64,000 nucleotides of DNA from Eledone cirrhosa (GCA_964016885.1 OZ024744.1:106764001-106828000), one strand, 5' to 3'; positions 1 through 15,000 are shown, numbered from the stretch's first letter. The notes: generated from the sequence alone by a model not told the origin. Numbers and translations are program-made.

Positions 1-3000
1 CAACCAGTTTGCTGTAAAGTGGGTGAGAGGAAAGTGCTGCCTTCCAACCAGTTTGTTGTAAAGTGGGTGAGAGGGAAGTGCTTCATTCCAACCTGTTTGT
101 TGTAAGGTGAGTGAGTGGGAAGTTCTGCCTTCCAACCAGTTTGTTGTAAGATGGGTGAGAGAGAAGTGCTGCCTTCCAACCAATTTATTGTAAGGTGGGT
201 GAGAGGGATGTGCTGCCTTTCAACCAGTTTGTTGTAAGATGGGTAAGAGGGAAATGCTGCCTTCCAACCAGTTTTTTGTAAGATGGGTGAGAGGGAAGTC
301 CTGCCTTCCAACCAGTTTGTTGTAAAGTGGCTGAGGGTGAATTTCTACCTTCCAACCTGTTTGTTGTAAAATGGGTGGGTGAGAGGGAAGTGTTGCCTTA
401 CAACCAGTTTGTTGTAAGGTGGGTGAAAGGGAAGTGCTGCCTTCCAACTAGTTTGTTGTAAGGTGGGTGAGAGGTAAGTGCTGCCTTCCAACCAGTTTGT
501 TGTAACTTGGGTGAGAGGGAATTGCTGCCTTCCAACCAGTTTGTGGAACTTGGGTGAGAGGGAAGTCCTGCCTTCCAACCAGTTTGTTGTAAAGTGGGTG
601 AGAGGGAAGTGCTGCCTTCCAACCAGTTTGTTGTAAGGTGGGTGAGAGGGAAGTGCTGCCTTCCAACCTATTTGTTGTAAAGTGGGTGGGTGAGAAGGAA
701 TTGCTGCCTTCCAACCTGTTTGTTGTAAGATGGGTGAGAGGGAAGTGCTGCCTTCCAACATATTTATTGTAAAGTGGGTGGTTGAGAGGAAGTGCTGCCC
801 TCCAACCTGTTTGTTGTAAAGTGGGTGAGAGGGAAGTGCTGCCTTCCAACCAGTTTGTTGTAAGATGGGTTAGAGGGAAGTGTTGCCTTCCAACCAGTTT
901 GTTGTAGAGTGGGTGAGAGGGAAGTGCTGCCTACCAACCAGTTTATCGTAAGGTGGGTGAGAGGGAACTGCTGCGTTCCAACCAATTTGTTGTAAGGTGG
1001 GTGAGAGGGAAGTGCTGCTTTGTAACCAGTTTGTTGTATAGTGGGTGAGAGGGAATTGCTGCCTTCCAACCAGTTTGTTGTAAGGTTAGTGAGAGGGAAG
1101 TGCTGCCTTCCAACCTATTTGTTGTAAAGTGGGTGAGAGGGAATTGCTGCCTTCCAACCAGTTTGATGTAACGTGGGTGAGAGGGAAGTGCTGCTTTCCA
1201 ACATGTTTGTTGTAAGGTGGGTGAGACGGAAGTGCTGCCTTCCAACCTGTTTGTTGTAAGGTGAGTGAGAGGGAAGTGCTGCCTTTTTACCAGTTTGTTG
1301 TAAAGTGGGTGAGAGGGAAGTGCTGCCTTCCAAACAGTTCGTTGTAAGGTGGGTGAGAGGTAATTGCTGCTTTCCAACCAGTTTGTTGTAAAGTGGTTGC
1401 GAGGGAAGCGCTGCATTCCAACCAGTTTGTTGTAAGGTGGGTGAGAGGGAAGTGCTGCCTTCCAACCTGTTTGTTTAAAATGGGTGAGAGGGAATTGCTG
1501 CCTTCCAACCAGTTTGTTGTAAGGTGAGTGAGAGGGAAGTGCTGCCTTCCAACCTGTTTGTTGTAAAGTGAGTGAGAGGGAATTGCTGCCTTCCAACCAG
1601 TTTGATGTAACGTGGGTGAGAGGTAAGTGCTGCCTTCCAACCTGTTTGTTGTAAGGTGGGAAGAGGGAAGTGCTGCCTTCCAACCTGTTTGTTGTAAAGT
1701 GAGTGAGAGGGAACAGCTGCTTTCCAACCAGTTTGTTGTAAGGTGAGTGAGAGGGAATTTCTGCCTTCCAACCAGTTTGTTGTAAGATGGGTGAGAGGGA
1801 AGTCCTGCCTTCCAACCAATTTGTTGTGAATTGGGTGGGTGAGAAGCAAGTGCTGCCTAACAACCATTTTGTTATAAGGTGGGTGACAGGGAAGTGCTGC
1901 CTTCCAACCTCTTTGATTTAAGTTGGGTGAGAGGGAAGTGCTGCCTTCCAACCTGTTTGTTGTAAAGTGGGTGAGAGGGAAGAGCTGCCTTCCAACCTGT
2001 TTGTTGTAAAGTGGGTGAGAGGGAATTGCTGCCTTCCAACCAGTTTGACGTAACGTGGATGAGATGTAAGTGCTGCCTTCCAAACTGTTTGTTGTAAAGT
2101 GGGTGAGAAGGAAGTGCTGCCTTCCAAACAGTTTGTTGTAAGGTGGGTGAGAGGGAATTGCTGCTTTCCAACCAGTTTTTTGTAAAGTGGGTGAGAGGGA
2201 AGTGCTGTATTCCAACCAGTTTGTTGTAAGGTGTGTGAGACGGAATTGCTGCATTCCAACCAGATTGTTGTAAGGTGGGTGAGAGGGAAGTGCTGCCTTC
2301 CAACCAGTTTGTTGTAAATTGGTTGAGAGGGAAGTGCTGCATTCCAATCAGTTTGTTGTAAGGTGGGTGTGAGGGAAGTGCTGCCTTCCAACCTGTTTGT
2401 TGTAAAGTGGGTGAGAGGGAATTGCTGCCTTCCAACAAGTTTGTTGAAAGGTGGGTGAGAGGGAAGTGCTGCCTTCCAGACTGTTTGTTGTAAAGTGGGT
2501 GAGAGGGAATTGCTGCCTTCCAACCAGTTTGATGTAACGTGGGTGAGAGGTAAGTGCTGCCTTCCAACCTGTTCGTTGTAAAGTGGATGAGAGGGAACAG
2601 CTGCCTTCCAACCAGTTTGTTGTAAGGTGAGTTAGAGGGAATTTCTGCCTTCCAACCAGTTTGTTGTAAGATGGGTGAGAGGGAAGTCCTGCCTTCCAAC
2701 CAATTTATTGTAAAGTGGCTGAGAGGGAAGTGCTGCCTTCCAACCAGATTCTTGTAAAGTGGGTGAGAGGGAAGTACTGCTTCCAAACAGTTTGTTGTAA
2801 GGTGGGTGAGATGGAATTGCTGCTTTACAACCAGTTTTTTGTAAAGTGGGTGAGAGGGAAGTGCTGCATTCCAACCAGTTTGTTGTAACGTGGGTGAGAG
2901 GGAAGTGCTGCCTTCCAACCAGTTTGTTGTAAGGTGTGTGAGAGGGAATTGGTGCTTTCCAACCAGTTTGTTGTAACGTGGGTGAGAGGGAAGTGCTGCC

Positions 3001-6000
3001 ATCTAACCAGTTTGTTGTAAAGTGAGTGAGATGGAAGTGCTGCCTTCCAGCCAGTTTGTTGTAAGGTGGGTGAGAGGGAAGTGCTGCCTTCCAACCAGTT
3101 TCTTGTGAAGTGGGTGAGAGGTAAGTGCTGCCTTCCAACCAGTTTCTTGTAAGGTGGGTGAGAGGGAAGTGCTGCCTTCCAATCTGTTTGTTGTAAGGTG
3201 GGTGAGAGGTAAGTGCTGCCTTCCAACCTGTTTGTTGTAAGACGGGTAAGAGGGAAGCGCTGCCTTCCAACTAGTTTGTTGTAACTTGGGTGAGAGGAAA
3301 GTCCTGCCTTGCAACCAGTTTTTTGTAACTTGAGTGAGGGGGAAGTGCTGCCTTCCAACCTGTTTGTTGTAAAGTGGGTGAGAGGGAAGCGCTGCCTTCC
3401 AACCAGTTTATTGTAAAGTGAGTGAGAGGGATGTGCTGTCTTCCAACCGTTTGTTGTAAAGTGGGTGAGAGGGAAGAGCTGCCTTCCAACCAGTTTGTTG
3501 TAAAGTGGGTGAGAGGGAAGAGCTGCCTTCCAACCAGTTTGTTGTAAGGTGGGTGAGAGGGAAGTGTTGCCTTCCAACCAGTTTGTTGTAAAGTGGGTGA
3601 GAGGGAAGAGCTGCCTTCCAACCAGTTTGTTGTAAAGTGGGTGAGAGGGAAGAGCTGCCTTCCAACCAGTTTGTTGTAAGGTGGGTGAGAGGGAAGTGTT
3701 GCCTTCCAACCAGTTTGCTGTAAAGTGGGTGAGAGGAAAGTGCTGCCTTCCAACCAGTTTTTTGTAAAGTGGTTGAGAGGGAAGTGCTTCATTCCAACCT
3801 GTTTGTTGTAAGGTGAGTGAGTGGGAAGTTCTGCCTTCCAACCAGTTTGTTGTAAGATGGGTGAGAGAGAAGTGCTGCCTTCCAACCAATTTATTGTAAG
3901 GTGGGTGAGAGGGATGTGCTGCCTTTCAACCAGTTTGCTGTAAGATGGGTGAGAGGGAAATGCTGCCTTCTAACCAGTTTGTTGTAAGATGGGTGAGAGG
4001 GAAGTCCTGCCTTCCAACCAGTTTTTTGTAAAGTGGCTGAGGGTGAATTTCTACCTTCCAACCTGTTTGTTGTAAAATGGGTGGGTGAGAGGGAAGTGTT
4101 GCCTTACAACCAGTTTGTTGTAAGGTGGGTGAAAGGGAAGTGCTGCCTTCCAACTAGTTTGTTGTAAGGTGGGTGAGAGGGAAGTGCTGCCTTCCAACCA
4201 GTTTGTTGTAACTTGGGTGAGAGGGAATTGCTGCCTTCCAACCAGTTTGTTGTAACTTGGGTGAGAGGGAAGCCTTGCCTTCCAACCAGTTTGTTGTAAC
4301 TTGGGTGAGAGGGAAGTGCTGCCTTCCAACCAGTTTATTGTAAGGTGGGTGAGAGGGAAGTGCTGCCTTCCAACCTATTTGTTGTAAAGTGGGTGGGTGA
4401 GAAGGAAGTGCTGCCTTCCAACCTGTTTGTTGTAAGATGGGTGAGAGGGAAGTGCTGCCTTCCAACCAGTTTCTTGTAAAGTGCGTGGGTGAGAGGGAAG
4501 TGCTGCCTTCCAACCTATTTGTTGTAAAGTGGGTGGGTGAGAAGGAAGTGCTGTCCTCCAACCTGTTTGTTGTAAAGTGGGTGAGAGGGAAGTGCTGCCT
4601 TCCAACCAGTTTGTTGTAAGATGGGTTAGAGGGAAGTGTTGCCTTCCAACCAGTTTGTTGTAGATTTGGTGAGAGGGAAGTGCTGCCTACCAACCAGGTT
4701 ATCGTAAGGTGGGTGAGAGGGAAGTGCTGCGTTCCAACCAGTTTGTTGTAAGGTGGGTGAGAGGAAAGTTCTGCTTTCTAACCAGTTTGTTGTATAGTGG
4801 GTGAGAGGGAATTGCTGCCTTCCAACCAGTTTGTTGTAACTTGGGTGAGAGGGAAGTGCTGCCTTCCAACCAGTTTGTTGTAAGGTGGGTGAGAGGGAAG
4901 TGCTGCCTTCCAACCTATTTGTTGTAAAGTGTGTGGGTGAGAAGGAAGTGCTGCCTTCCAACCTGTTTGTTGTAAGATGGGTGAGAGGGAAGTGCTGCCT
5001 TCCAACCAGTTTCTTGTAAAGTGCGTGGGTGAGAGGGAAGTGCTGCCTTCCAACCAGTTTGTTGTAAAGTGGGTGAGAAGGAAGTGCTGCCTTCCAACAT
5101 ATTTATTGTAAAGTGGGTGGGTGAGAGGAAGTGCTGCCCTCCAACCTGTTTGTTGTAAAGTGGTTGAGAGGGAAGTGCTGCCTTCCAACCAGTTTGTTGT
5201 AAGATGGGTTAGAGGGAAGTGTTGCCTTCCAACCAGTTTGTTGTAGAGTGGGTGAGAGGGAAGTGCTGCCTACCAACCAGTTTATCTTAAGGTGGGTGAG
5301 AGGGAAGTGCTGCCTTCCAACCAGTTTGTTGTAAGGTGGGTGAGAGGGAAGTGCTGCGTTCCAACCTGTTTGTTGTAAGGTGGGTGAGAGGGAAGTGCTG
5401 CTTTCTAACCAGTTTGTTGTATAGTGGGTGAGAGGGAATTGCGGCCTTCCAACCAGTTTGTTGTAAGATGAGTGAGAGGGAAGTGCTGCCTTCCAACCTA
5501 TTTGTTGTAAAGTGGGTGAGAGGGAATTGCTGCCTTCCAACCAGTTTGATGTAACGTGGGTGAGAGGGAAGTGCTGCTTTCCAACATGTTTGTTGTAAGG
5601 TGGGTGAGACGGAAGTGCTGCCTTCCAACCTGTTTGTTGTAAGGTGAGTGAGAGGGAAGTGCTGCCTTTTTACCAGTTTGTTGTAAAGTGGGCGAGAGGG
5701 AAGTGCTGCCTTCCAAACAGTTCGTTGTAAGGTGGGTGAGAGGGAATTGCTGCTTTCCAACCAGTTTGTTGTAAAGTGGTTGCGAGGGACGTGCTGCCTT
5801 CCAACCTGTTTGTTGTAAAGTGAGTGAGAGGGAACAGCTGCTTTCCAACCAGTTTGTTGTAAGGTGAGTGAGAGGGATTTTCTGCCTTCCAACCAGTTTG
5901 TTGTAAGATGGGTGAGAGGGAAGTCCTGCCTTCCAACCAATTTGTTGTAAATTGGGTGGGTGAGAAGGAAGTGCTGCCTTCCAGCCATTTTGTTATAAGG

Positions 6001-9000
6001 TGGGTGAGAGGGAAGTGCTGCCTTCCAACCACTTTGATTTAAGGTGGGTGAGAGGGAAGTGCTGCCTTCCAACCTGTTTGTTGTAAAGTGGGTGAGAGGG
6101 AAGAGCTGCCTTCCAACCAGTTTGTTGTAAAGTGGGTGAGAGGGAAGTGCTTCATTCCAACCTGTTTGTTGTAAGGTGAGTGAGTGGGAAGTTCTGCCTT
6201 CGAACCAGTTTGTTGTAAGATGGGTGAGAGAGAAGTGCTGCCTTCCAACCAATTTATTGTAAGGTGGGTGAGAGGGATGTGCTGCCTTTCAACCAGTTTG
6301 TTGTAAGATGGGTGAGAGGGAAGTGCTTCCTTCCAACCAGTTTGTTGTAAGATGGGTGAGAGGGAAGTCCTGCCTTCTAACCAGTTTGTTGTAAAGTGGC
6401 TGAGGGTGAATTTCTACCTTCCAACCTGTTTGTTGTAAAATGGGTGGGTGAGAGGGAAGTGTTGCCTTACAACCAGTTTGTTGTGAGGTGGGTGAAAGGG
6501 AAGTGCTGCCTTCCAACTAGTTTGTTGTAAGGTTGGTGAGAGGGAAGTGTTGCCTTCCAACCAGTTTGCTGTAAACTGGGTGAGAGGAAAGTGCTGCCTT
6601 CCAACCAGTTTGTTGTAAAGTGGGTGAGAGGGAAGTGCTTCATTCCAACCTGTTTGTTGTAAGGTGAGTGAGTGGGAAGTTCTGCCTTCCAACCAGTTTG
6701 TTGTAAGATGGGTGAGAGAGAAGTGCTGCCTTCCAACCAATTTATTTTAAGGTGGGTGAGAGGGATGTGCTGCCATCCAACCAGTTTCTTGTAAAGTGCG
6801 TGGGTGAGAGGGAAGTGCTGCCCTCCAACCAGTTTATCGTAAGGTGGGTGAGAGGGAAGTGCTGCCTTCCAACTAGTTTATTGTAAGGTGGGTGAGAGGG
6901 AAGCGCTGCTTTCCATCCTGTTTGTTGTAAGGTGGATAAGAGGGAAGTGCTGCCTTCCAACCTGTTTGTTGTAAGGTGGGTGAGAGGGAAGTGCTGCCTT
7001 CTAACCAGTTTGTTGTAAGGTTGGTGAGAGGGAAGTGCTGCTTTTCAACATGTTTGTTGTAAGGTGGGTGAGACGGAAGTGCTGCCTTCCAAACTGTTTG
7101 TTGTAAGGTGAGTGAGAGGGAAGTGCTGCCCTTTTACCAGTTTGTTGTAAAGTGGGTGAGAGGGACGTGCTGCCTTCCAAACAGTTCGTTGTAAGGTGGG
7201 TGAGAGGGAAGTGCTGCCTTCCAACCTGTTTGTTTTAAAGTGGGTGAGAGGGAATTGCTGCCTTCCAACCAGTTTGATGTACCGTGGGTGAGAGGTAAGT
7301 GCTGCCTTCCAACCTGTTTGTTGTAAGGTGGGAAGAGGGAAGTGCTGCCTTCCAACCTGTTTGTTGTAAAGTGGGTGAGAGTGAACAGCTGCCTTCCAAC
7401 CAGTTTGTTGTAAGGTGAGTGAGAGGGAAGTCTTGCCTTCCAACCAATTTGTTGTAAAGTGGCTGAGAGGGAAGTGCTGCCTTCCAACCAGCTTCTTGTA
7501 AAGTGGGTGAGAGGGAAGTGCTGCCTTCCAACCTGTTTGATGTAAATTGGGTGGGTGAGAAGGAAGTGCTGCCTTCCAACCATTTTGTTATAAGGTGGGT
7601 GAGAGGGAAGTGCTGCCTTCCAAACTCTTTGTTTTAAGGTGGGTGAGAGGGAACTGCTGCCTTCCAACCTGTTTGTTGTAAAGTGAGTGAGAGGGAAGAG
7701 CTGCCTTCCAACCAATTTGCTGTAAAGTGGGTGAGAGGGAAGTGCTTCATTCCAACCTGTTTGTTGTAAGGTGAGTGAGTGGGAAGTTCTGCTTTCCAAC
7801 CAGTTTGTTGTAAGATGGGTAAGAGAGAAGTGCTGCCTTCCAACTAGTTTATTGTAAGGTGGGTGAGAGGGAAGCGCTGCCTTCCATCCTGTTTGTTGTA
7901 GGATGGGTGAGAGAGAAGTGCTGCTTTCCAAACTGTTTGTTGTAAGGTGGGTGAGAGGGAAGTGCTGCCTTCCAACCAGTTTGTTGTAAGATGTGTTAGA
8001 GGGAAGTGTTGCCTTCCAACCAGTTTGTTGTAAAGTGGGTGAGAGGGAAGTGCTGCCTTCCAACCAGTTTATCGTAAGGTGGGTGAGAGGGAAGTGCTGC
8101 CTTCCAACTAGTTTATTGTAAGGTGGGTGAGAGGGAAGCGCTGACTTCCATCCTGTTTGTTGTAAGGTGGATAAGAGGGAAGTGCTGCCTTCCAACCTGT
8201 TTGTTGTAAGGTGGGTGAGAGGGAAGTGCTGCCTTCCAACCAGTTTGTTGTAAAGTGGGTGAGAGGGAAGTGCTGCCTTCCAAACAGTTCGTTGTAAGGT
8301 GGGTGAGAGGGAATTGCTGCTTTCCAACCAGTTTGTTGTAAAGTGGTTGAGAGGGAAGTGCTGCCTGTCAACCTCTTTGTTTTAAGGTGGGTGAGAGGGA
8401 AGTGCTGCCTTCCAACCAGTTTGTTGTAAAGTGGGTGAGAGGGAAGTGCTTCATTCCAAACTGTTTGTTGTAAGGTGAGTGAGTGGGAAGTTCTGCCTTC
8501 CAACCAGTTTGTTGTAAGATGGGTGAGAGAGAAGTGCTGCCTTCCAACTAGTTTATTGTAAAGTGGGTGAGAGGGAAGCGCTGCCTTCCATCCTGTTTGT
8601 TGTAAGGTGGATAAGAGGGAAGTGCTGCCTTCCAACCTGTTTGTTGTAAGGTGGGTGAGAGGGAAGTGCTGCCTTCCAACCAGTTTGTTGTAAGGTGGAT
8701 GAGAGGGAAGTGCTGCCTTCCAACCTGTTTGTTGTAAGGTCAGTGAGAGGGAAGTGCTGCCTTTTTACCAGTTTGTTGTAAAGTGGGTGAGAGGGAAGTG
8801 CTGCCTTCCAAACAGTTCGTTGTAAGGTGGGTGAGAGGGAATTGCTGCTTTCCAACCAGTTTGTTGTAAAGTGGTTGCGAGGGAAGTGCTGCATTCCAAC
8901 CAGTTTGTTGTAAGGTGGGTGAGAGGGAAGTGCTGCCTTCCAACCAGTTTGTTGTAAGATGGGTTAGAGGGAAGTGTTGCCTTCCAACCAGTTTGTTGTA

Positions 9001-12000
9001 AGATGCGTTAGAGGGAAGTGTTGTCTTCCAACCAGTTTGTTGTAAAGTGGGTGGGAGGGAAGTGCTGCCTTCCAACCAGTTTATCGTAAGGTGGGTGAGA
9101 GGGAAGTGCTGCCTTCCAACTAGTTTATTGTAAGGTGGGTGAGAGGGAAGCGCTACCTTCCATCCTCTTTGTTGTAAGGTGGGTGAGAGGGAAGTGCTGC
9201 CTTCTAGCCAGTTTGTTGTAAGGTTGGTGAGAGGGAAGTGCTGCCTTCCAACATGTTTGTTGTAAGGGGGGTGAGACGGAAGTGCTGCCTTCCAACCTGT
9301 TTGTTGTAAGGTCAGTGAGAGGGAAGTGCTGCCTTTTTACTAGTTTGATGTAAAGTGGGTGAGAGGGAAGTGCTGCCTTCCAAACAGTTCGTTGTAAGGT
9401 GGGTGAGAGGGAATTGCTGCTTTCCAACCAGTTTGTTGTAAAGTGGTTGCGAGGGAAGTGCTGCATTCCAACCAGTTTGTTGTAAGGTGGGTGAGAGGGA
9501 AGTGCTGCCTTCCAACCAGTTTGTTGTAAGATGGGTTAGAGGGAAGTGTTGCCTTCCAACCAGTTTGTTGTAGATTGGGTGAGAGGGAAGTGCTGCCTAC
9601 CAACCAGGTTATCGTAAGGTGGGTGAGAGGGAAGTGCTGCGTTCCAACCAGTTTGTTGTAAGGTGGGTGAGAGGAAAGTGCTGCTTTCTAACCAGTTTGT
9701 TGTATAGTGGGTGAGAGGGAATTGCTGCCTTCCAACCAGTTTGTTGTAACTTGGGTGAGATGGAAGTGCTGCCTTCCAACCAGTTTGTTGTAAGGTGGGT
9801 GAGAGGGAAGTGCTGCCTTCCAACCTATTTGTTGTAAAGTGTGTGGGTGAGAAGGAAGTGCTGCCTTCCAACCTGTTTGTTGTAAGATGGGTGAGAGGGA
9901 AGTGCTGCCTTCCAACCAGTTTCTTGTAAAGTGCGTGGGTGAGAGGGAAGTGCTGCCTTCCAACCAGTTTGTTGTAAAGTGGGTGAGAAGGAAGTGCTGC
10001 CTTCCAACATATTTATTGTAAAGTGGGTGGGTGAGAGGAAGTGCTGCCCTCCAACCTGTTTGTTGTAAAGTGGTTGAGAGGGAAGTGCTGCCTTCCAACC
10101 AGTTTGTTGTAAGATGGGTTAGAGGGAAGTGTTGCCTTCCAACCAGTTTGTTGTAGAGTGGGTGAGAGGGAAGTGCTGCCTACCAACCAGTTTATCTTAA
10201 GGTGGGTGAGAGGGAAGTGCTGCCTTCCAACCAGTTTGTTGTAAGGTGGGTGAGAGGGAAGTGCTGCGTTCCAACCTGTTTGTTGTAAGGTGGGTGAGAG
10301 GGAAGTGCTGCTTTCTAACCAGTTTGTTGTATAGTGGGTGAGAGGGAATTGCGGCCTTCCAACCAGTTTGTTGTAAGATGAGTGAGAGGGAAGTGCTGCC
10401 TTCCAACCTATTTGTTGTAAAGTGGGTGAGAGGGAATTGCTGCCTTCCAACCAGTTTGATGTAACGTGGGTGAGAGGGAAGTGCTGCTTTCCAACATGTT
10501 TGTTGTAAGGTGGGTGAGACGGAAGTGCTGCCTTCCAACCTGTTTGTTGTAAGGTGAGTGAGAGGGAAGTGCTGCCTTTTTACCAGTTTGTTGTAAAGTG
10601 GGCGAGAGGGAAGTGCTGCCTTCCAAACAGTTCGTTGTAAGGTGGGTGAGAGGGAATTGCTGCTTTCCAACCAGTTTGTTGTAAAGTGGTTGCGAGGGAA
10701 GTGCTGCCTTCCAACCTGTTTGTTGTAAAGTGAGTGAGAGGGAACAGCTGCTTTCCAACCAGTTTGTTGTAAGGTGAGTGAGAGGGATTTTCTGCCTTCC
10801 AACCAGTTTGTTGTAAGATGGGTGAGAGGGAAGTCCTGCCTTCCAACCAATTTGTTGTAAATTGGGTGGGTGAGAAGGAAGTGCTGCCTTCCAACCATTT
10901 TGTTATAAGGTGGGTGAGAGGGAAGTGCTGCCTTCCAACCTCTTTGATTTAAGGTGGGTGAGAGGGAAGTGCTGCCTTCCAACCTGTTTGTTGTAAAGTG
11001 GGTGAGAGGGAAGAGCTGCCTTCCAACCAGTTTGTTGTAAAGTGGGTGAGAGGGAAGTGCTTCATTCCAACCTGTTTGTTGTAAGGTGAGTGAGTGGGAA
11101 GTTCTGCCTTCGAACCAGTTTGTTGTAAGATGGGTGAGAGAGAAGTGCTGCCTTCCAACCAATTTATTGTAAGGTGGGTGAGAGGGATGTGCTGCCTTTC
11201 AACCAGTTTGTTGTAAGATGGGTGAGAGGGAAGTGCTTCCTTCCAACCAGTTTGTTGTAAGATGGGTGAGAGGGAAGTGCTTCATTCCAACCTGTTTGTT
11301 GTAAGGTGAGTGAGTGGGAAGTTCTGGCTTCCAACCAGTTTGTTGTAAGATGGGTGAGAGAGAAGTGCTGCCTTCCAACCAATTTATTTTTAGGTGGGTG
11401 AGAGGGATGTGCTGCCTTCCAACCAGTTTCTTGTAAAGTGCGTGGGTGAGAGGGAAGTGCTGCCTTCCAACCAGTTTCTTGTAAGGTGGGTGAGAGGGAA
11501 GTGCTGCCTTCCAACCTATTTATTGCAAAGTGGGTGGGTGAGAGGAAGTGCTGCCCTCCAACCAGTTTATCGTAAGGTGGGTGAGAGGGAAGTGCTGCCT
11601 TCCAACTAGTTTATTGTAAGGTGGGTGAGAGGGAAGCGCTGCTTTCCATCCTGTTTGTTGTAAGGTGGATAAGAGGGAAGTGCTGCCTTCCAACCTGTTT
11701 GTTGTAAGGTGGGTGAGAGGGAAATGCTGCCTTCTAACCAGTTTGTTGTAAGGTTGGTGAGAGGGAAGTGCTGCTTTTCAACATGTTTGTTGTAAAGTGG
11801 GTGAGACGGAAGTGCTGCCTTCCAACCTGTTTGTTGTAAGGTGAGTGAGAGGGAAGTGCTGCCCTTTTACCAGTTTGTTGTAAAGTGGGTGAGAGGGACG
11901 TGCTGCCTTCCAAACAGTTCGTTGTAAGGTGGGTGAGAGGGAAGTGCTGCCTTCCAACCTGTTTGTTTTAAAGTGGGTGAGAGGGAATTGCTGCCTTCCA

Positions 12001-15000
12001 ACCAGTTTGATGTACCGTGGGTGAGAGGTAAGTGCTGCCTTCCAACCTGTTTGTTGTAAGGTGGGAAGAGGGAAGTGCTGCCTTCCAACCTGTTTGTTGT
12101 AAAGTGGGTGAGAGGGAACAGCTGCCTTCCAACCAGTTTGTTGTAAGGTGAGTGAGAGGGAAGTCCTGCCTTCCAACCAATTTGTTGTAAAGTGGCTGAG
12201 AGGGAAGTGCTGCCTTCCAACCAGCTTCTTGTAAAGTGGGTGAGAGGGAAGTGCTGCCTTCCAACCTGTTTGATGTAAATTGGGTGGGTGAGAAGGAAGT
12301 GCTGCCTTCCAACCATTTTGTTATAAGGTGGGTGAGAGGGAAGTGCTGCCTTCCAAACTCTTTGTTTTAAGGTGGGTGAGAGGGAACTGCTGCCTTCCAA
12401 CCTGTTTGTTGTAAAGTGAGTGAGAGGGAAGAGCTGCCTTCCAACCAATTTGCTGTAAAGTGGGTGAGAGGGAAGTGCTTCATTCCAACCTATTTGTTGT
12501 AAGGTGAGTGAGTGGGAAGTTCTGCTTTCCAACCAGTTTGTTGTAAGATGGGTAAGAGAGAAGTGCTGCCTTCCAACTAGTTTATTGTAAGGTGGGTGAG
12601 AGGGAAGCGCTGCCTTCCATCCTGTTTGTTGTAGGATGGGTGAGAGAGAAGTGCTGCTTTCCAAACTGTTTGTTGTAAGGTGGGTGAGAGGGAAGTGCTG
12701 CCTTCCAACCAGTTTGTTGTAAGATGTGTTAGAGGGAAGTGTTGCCTTCCAACCAGTTTGTTGTAAAGTGGGTGAGAGGGAAGTGCTGCCTTCCAACCAG
12801 TTTATCGTAAGGTGGGTGAGAGGGAAGTGCTGCCTTGCAACTAGTTTATTGTAAGGTGGGTGAGAGGGAAGCGCTGACTTCCATCCTGTTTGTTGTAAGG
12901 TGGATAAGAGGGAAGTGCTGCCTTCCAACCTGTTTGTTGTAAGTTGGGTGAGAGGGAAGTGCTGCCTTCCAACCAGTTTGTTGTAAAGTGGGTGAGAGGG
13001 AAGTGCTGCCTTCCAAACAGTTCGTTGTAAGGTGGGTGAGAGGGAATTGCTGCTTTCCAACCAGTTTGTTGTAAAGTGGTTGAGAGGGAAGTGCTGCCTT
13101 TCAACCTCTTTGTTTTAAGGTGGGTGAGAGGGAAGTGCTGCCTTCCAACCAGTTTGTTGTAAGGTGGGTGAGAGGGAAGTGCTTCATTCCAAACTGTTTG
13201 TTGTAAGGTGAGTGAGTGGGAAGTTCTGCCTTCCAACCAGTTTGTTGTAAGATGGGTGAGAGAGAAGTGCTGCCTTCCAACTAGTTTATTGTAAGGTGGG
13301 TGAGAGGGAAGCGCTGCCTTCCATCCTGTTTGTTGTAGGATGGGTGAGAGAGAAGTGCTGCCTTCCATCCTGTTTGTTGTAAGGTGGATAAGAGGGAAGT
13401 GCTGCCTTCCAACCAGTTTGTTGTAAGATGCGTTAGAGGGAAGTGTTGTCTTCCAACCAGTTTGTTGTAAAGTGGGTGGGAGGGAAGTGCTGCCTTCCAA
13501 CCAGTTTATCGTAAGGTGGGTGAGAGGGAAGTGCTGCCTTCCAACTAGTTTATTGTAAGGTGGGTGAGAGGGAAGCGCTGCCTTCCATCCTGTTTGTTGT
13601 AGGGTGGATAAGAGGGAAGTGCTGCCTTCCAACCTGTTTGTTGTAAGGTGGGTGAGAGGGAAGTGCTGCCTTCCAACCAGTTTGTTGTAAGGTGGGTGAG
13701 AGGGAAGTGCTGCCTTCCAACCTCTTTGTTGTAAGGTGGGTGAGAGGGAAGTGCTGCCTTCTAACCAGTTTGTTGTAAGGTTGGTGAGAGGGAAGTGCTG
13801 CCTTCCAACATGTTTGTTGTAAGGGGGGTGAGACGGAAGTGCTGCCTTCCAACCTGTTTGTTGTAAGGTCAGTGAGAGGGAAGTGCTGCCTTTTTACAAG
13901 TTGTTGTAAAGTGGGTGAGAGGGAAGTGCTGCCTTCCAAACAGTTCGTTGTAAGGTGGGTGAGAGGGAATTGCTGCTTTCCAACCAGTTTGTTGTAAAGT
14001 GGTTGCGAGGGAAGTGCTGCATTCCAACCAGTTTGTTGTAAGGTGGGTGAGAGGGAAGTGCTGCCTTCCAACCTGTTTGTTTAAAGTGGGTGAGAGGGAA
14101 TTGCTGCCTTCCAACCAGTTTGTTGTAAGGTGAGTGAGAGGGAAGTGCTGCCTTCCAACCTGTTTGTTGTAAGGTGGGAAGAGGTAAGTGCTGCCTTCCA
14201 ACCTGTTTGTTTAAAGTGGGTGAGAGGGAACAGCTGCTTTCCAACCAGTTTGTTGTAAGGTGAGTGAGAGGGAATTTCTGCCTTCCAACCAGTTTGTTGT
14301 AAGATGGGTGAGAGGGAAGTCCTGCCTTCCAACCAATTTGTTGTAAATTGGGTGGGTGAGAAGGAAGTGCTGCCTTCCAACCATTTTGTTATAAGGTGGG
14401 TGAGAGGGAAGTGCTGCCTTCCAACCTCTTTGATTTAAGGTGGGTGAGAGGGAAGTGCTGCCTTCCAACCTGTTTGTTGTAAAGTGGGTGAGAGGGAAGA
14501 GCTGCCTTCCAACCAGTTTGTTGTAAAGTGGGTGAGAGGGAAGTGCTTCATTCCAACCTGTTTGTTGTAAGGTGAGTGAGTGGGAAGTTCTGCCTTCCAA
14601 CCTGTTTGTTGTAAAATGGGTGGGTGAGAGGGAAGTGTTGCCTTACAACCAGTTTGTTGTAAGGTGGGTGAAAGGGAAGTACTGCCTTCCAACCAATTTA
14701 TTGTAAAGTGGCTGAGGGTGAATTTCTACCTTCCAACCTGTTTGTTGTAAAATGGTTGGGTGAGAGGGAAGTGTTGCCTTACAACCAGTTTGTTGTAAGG
14801 TGGGTGAAAGGGAAGTGCTGCCTTCCAACTAGTTTGTTGTAAGGTGGGTGAGAGGGAAGTGTTGCCTTCCAACCAGTTTGCTGTAAAGTGGGTGAGAGGA
14901 AAGTGTTGCCTTCCAACCAGTTTGTTGTAAAGTGGGTGAGAGGGAAGTGCTTCATTCCAACCTGTTTGTTGTAAGGTGAGTGAGTGGGAAGTTCTGCCTT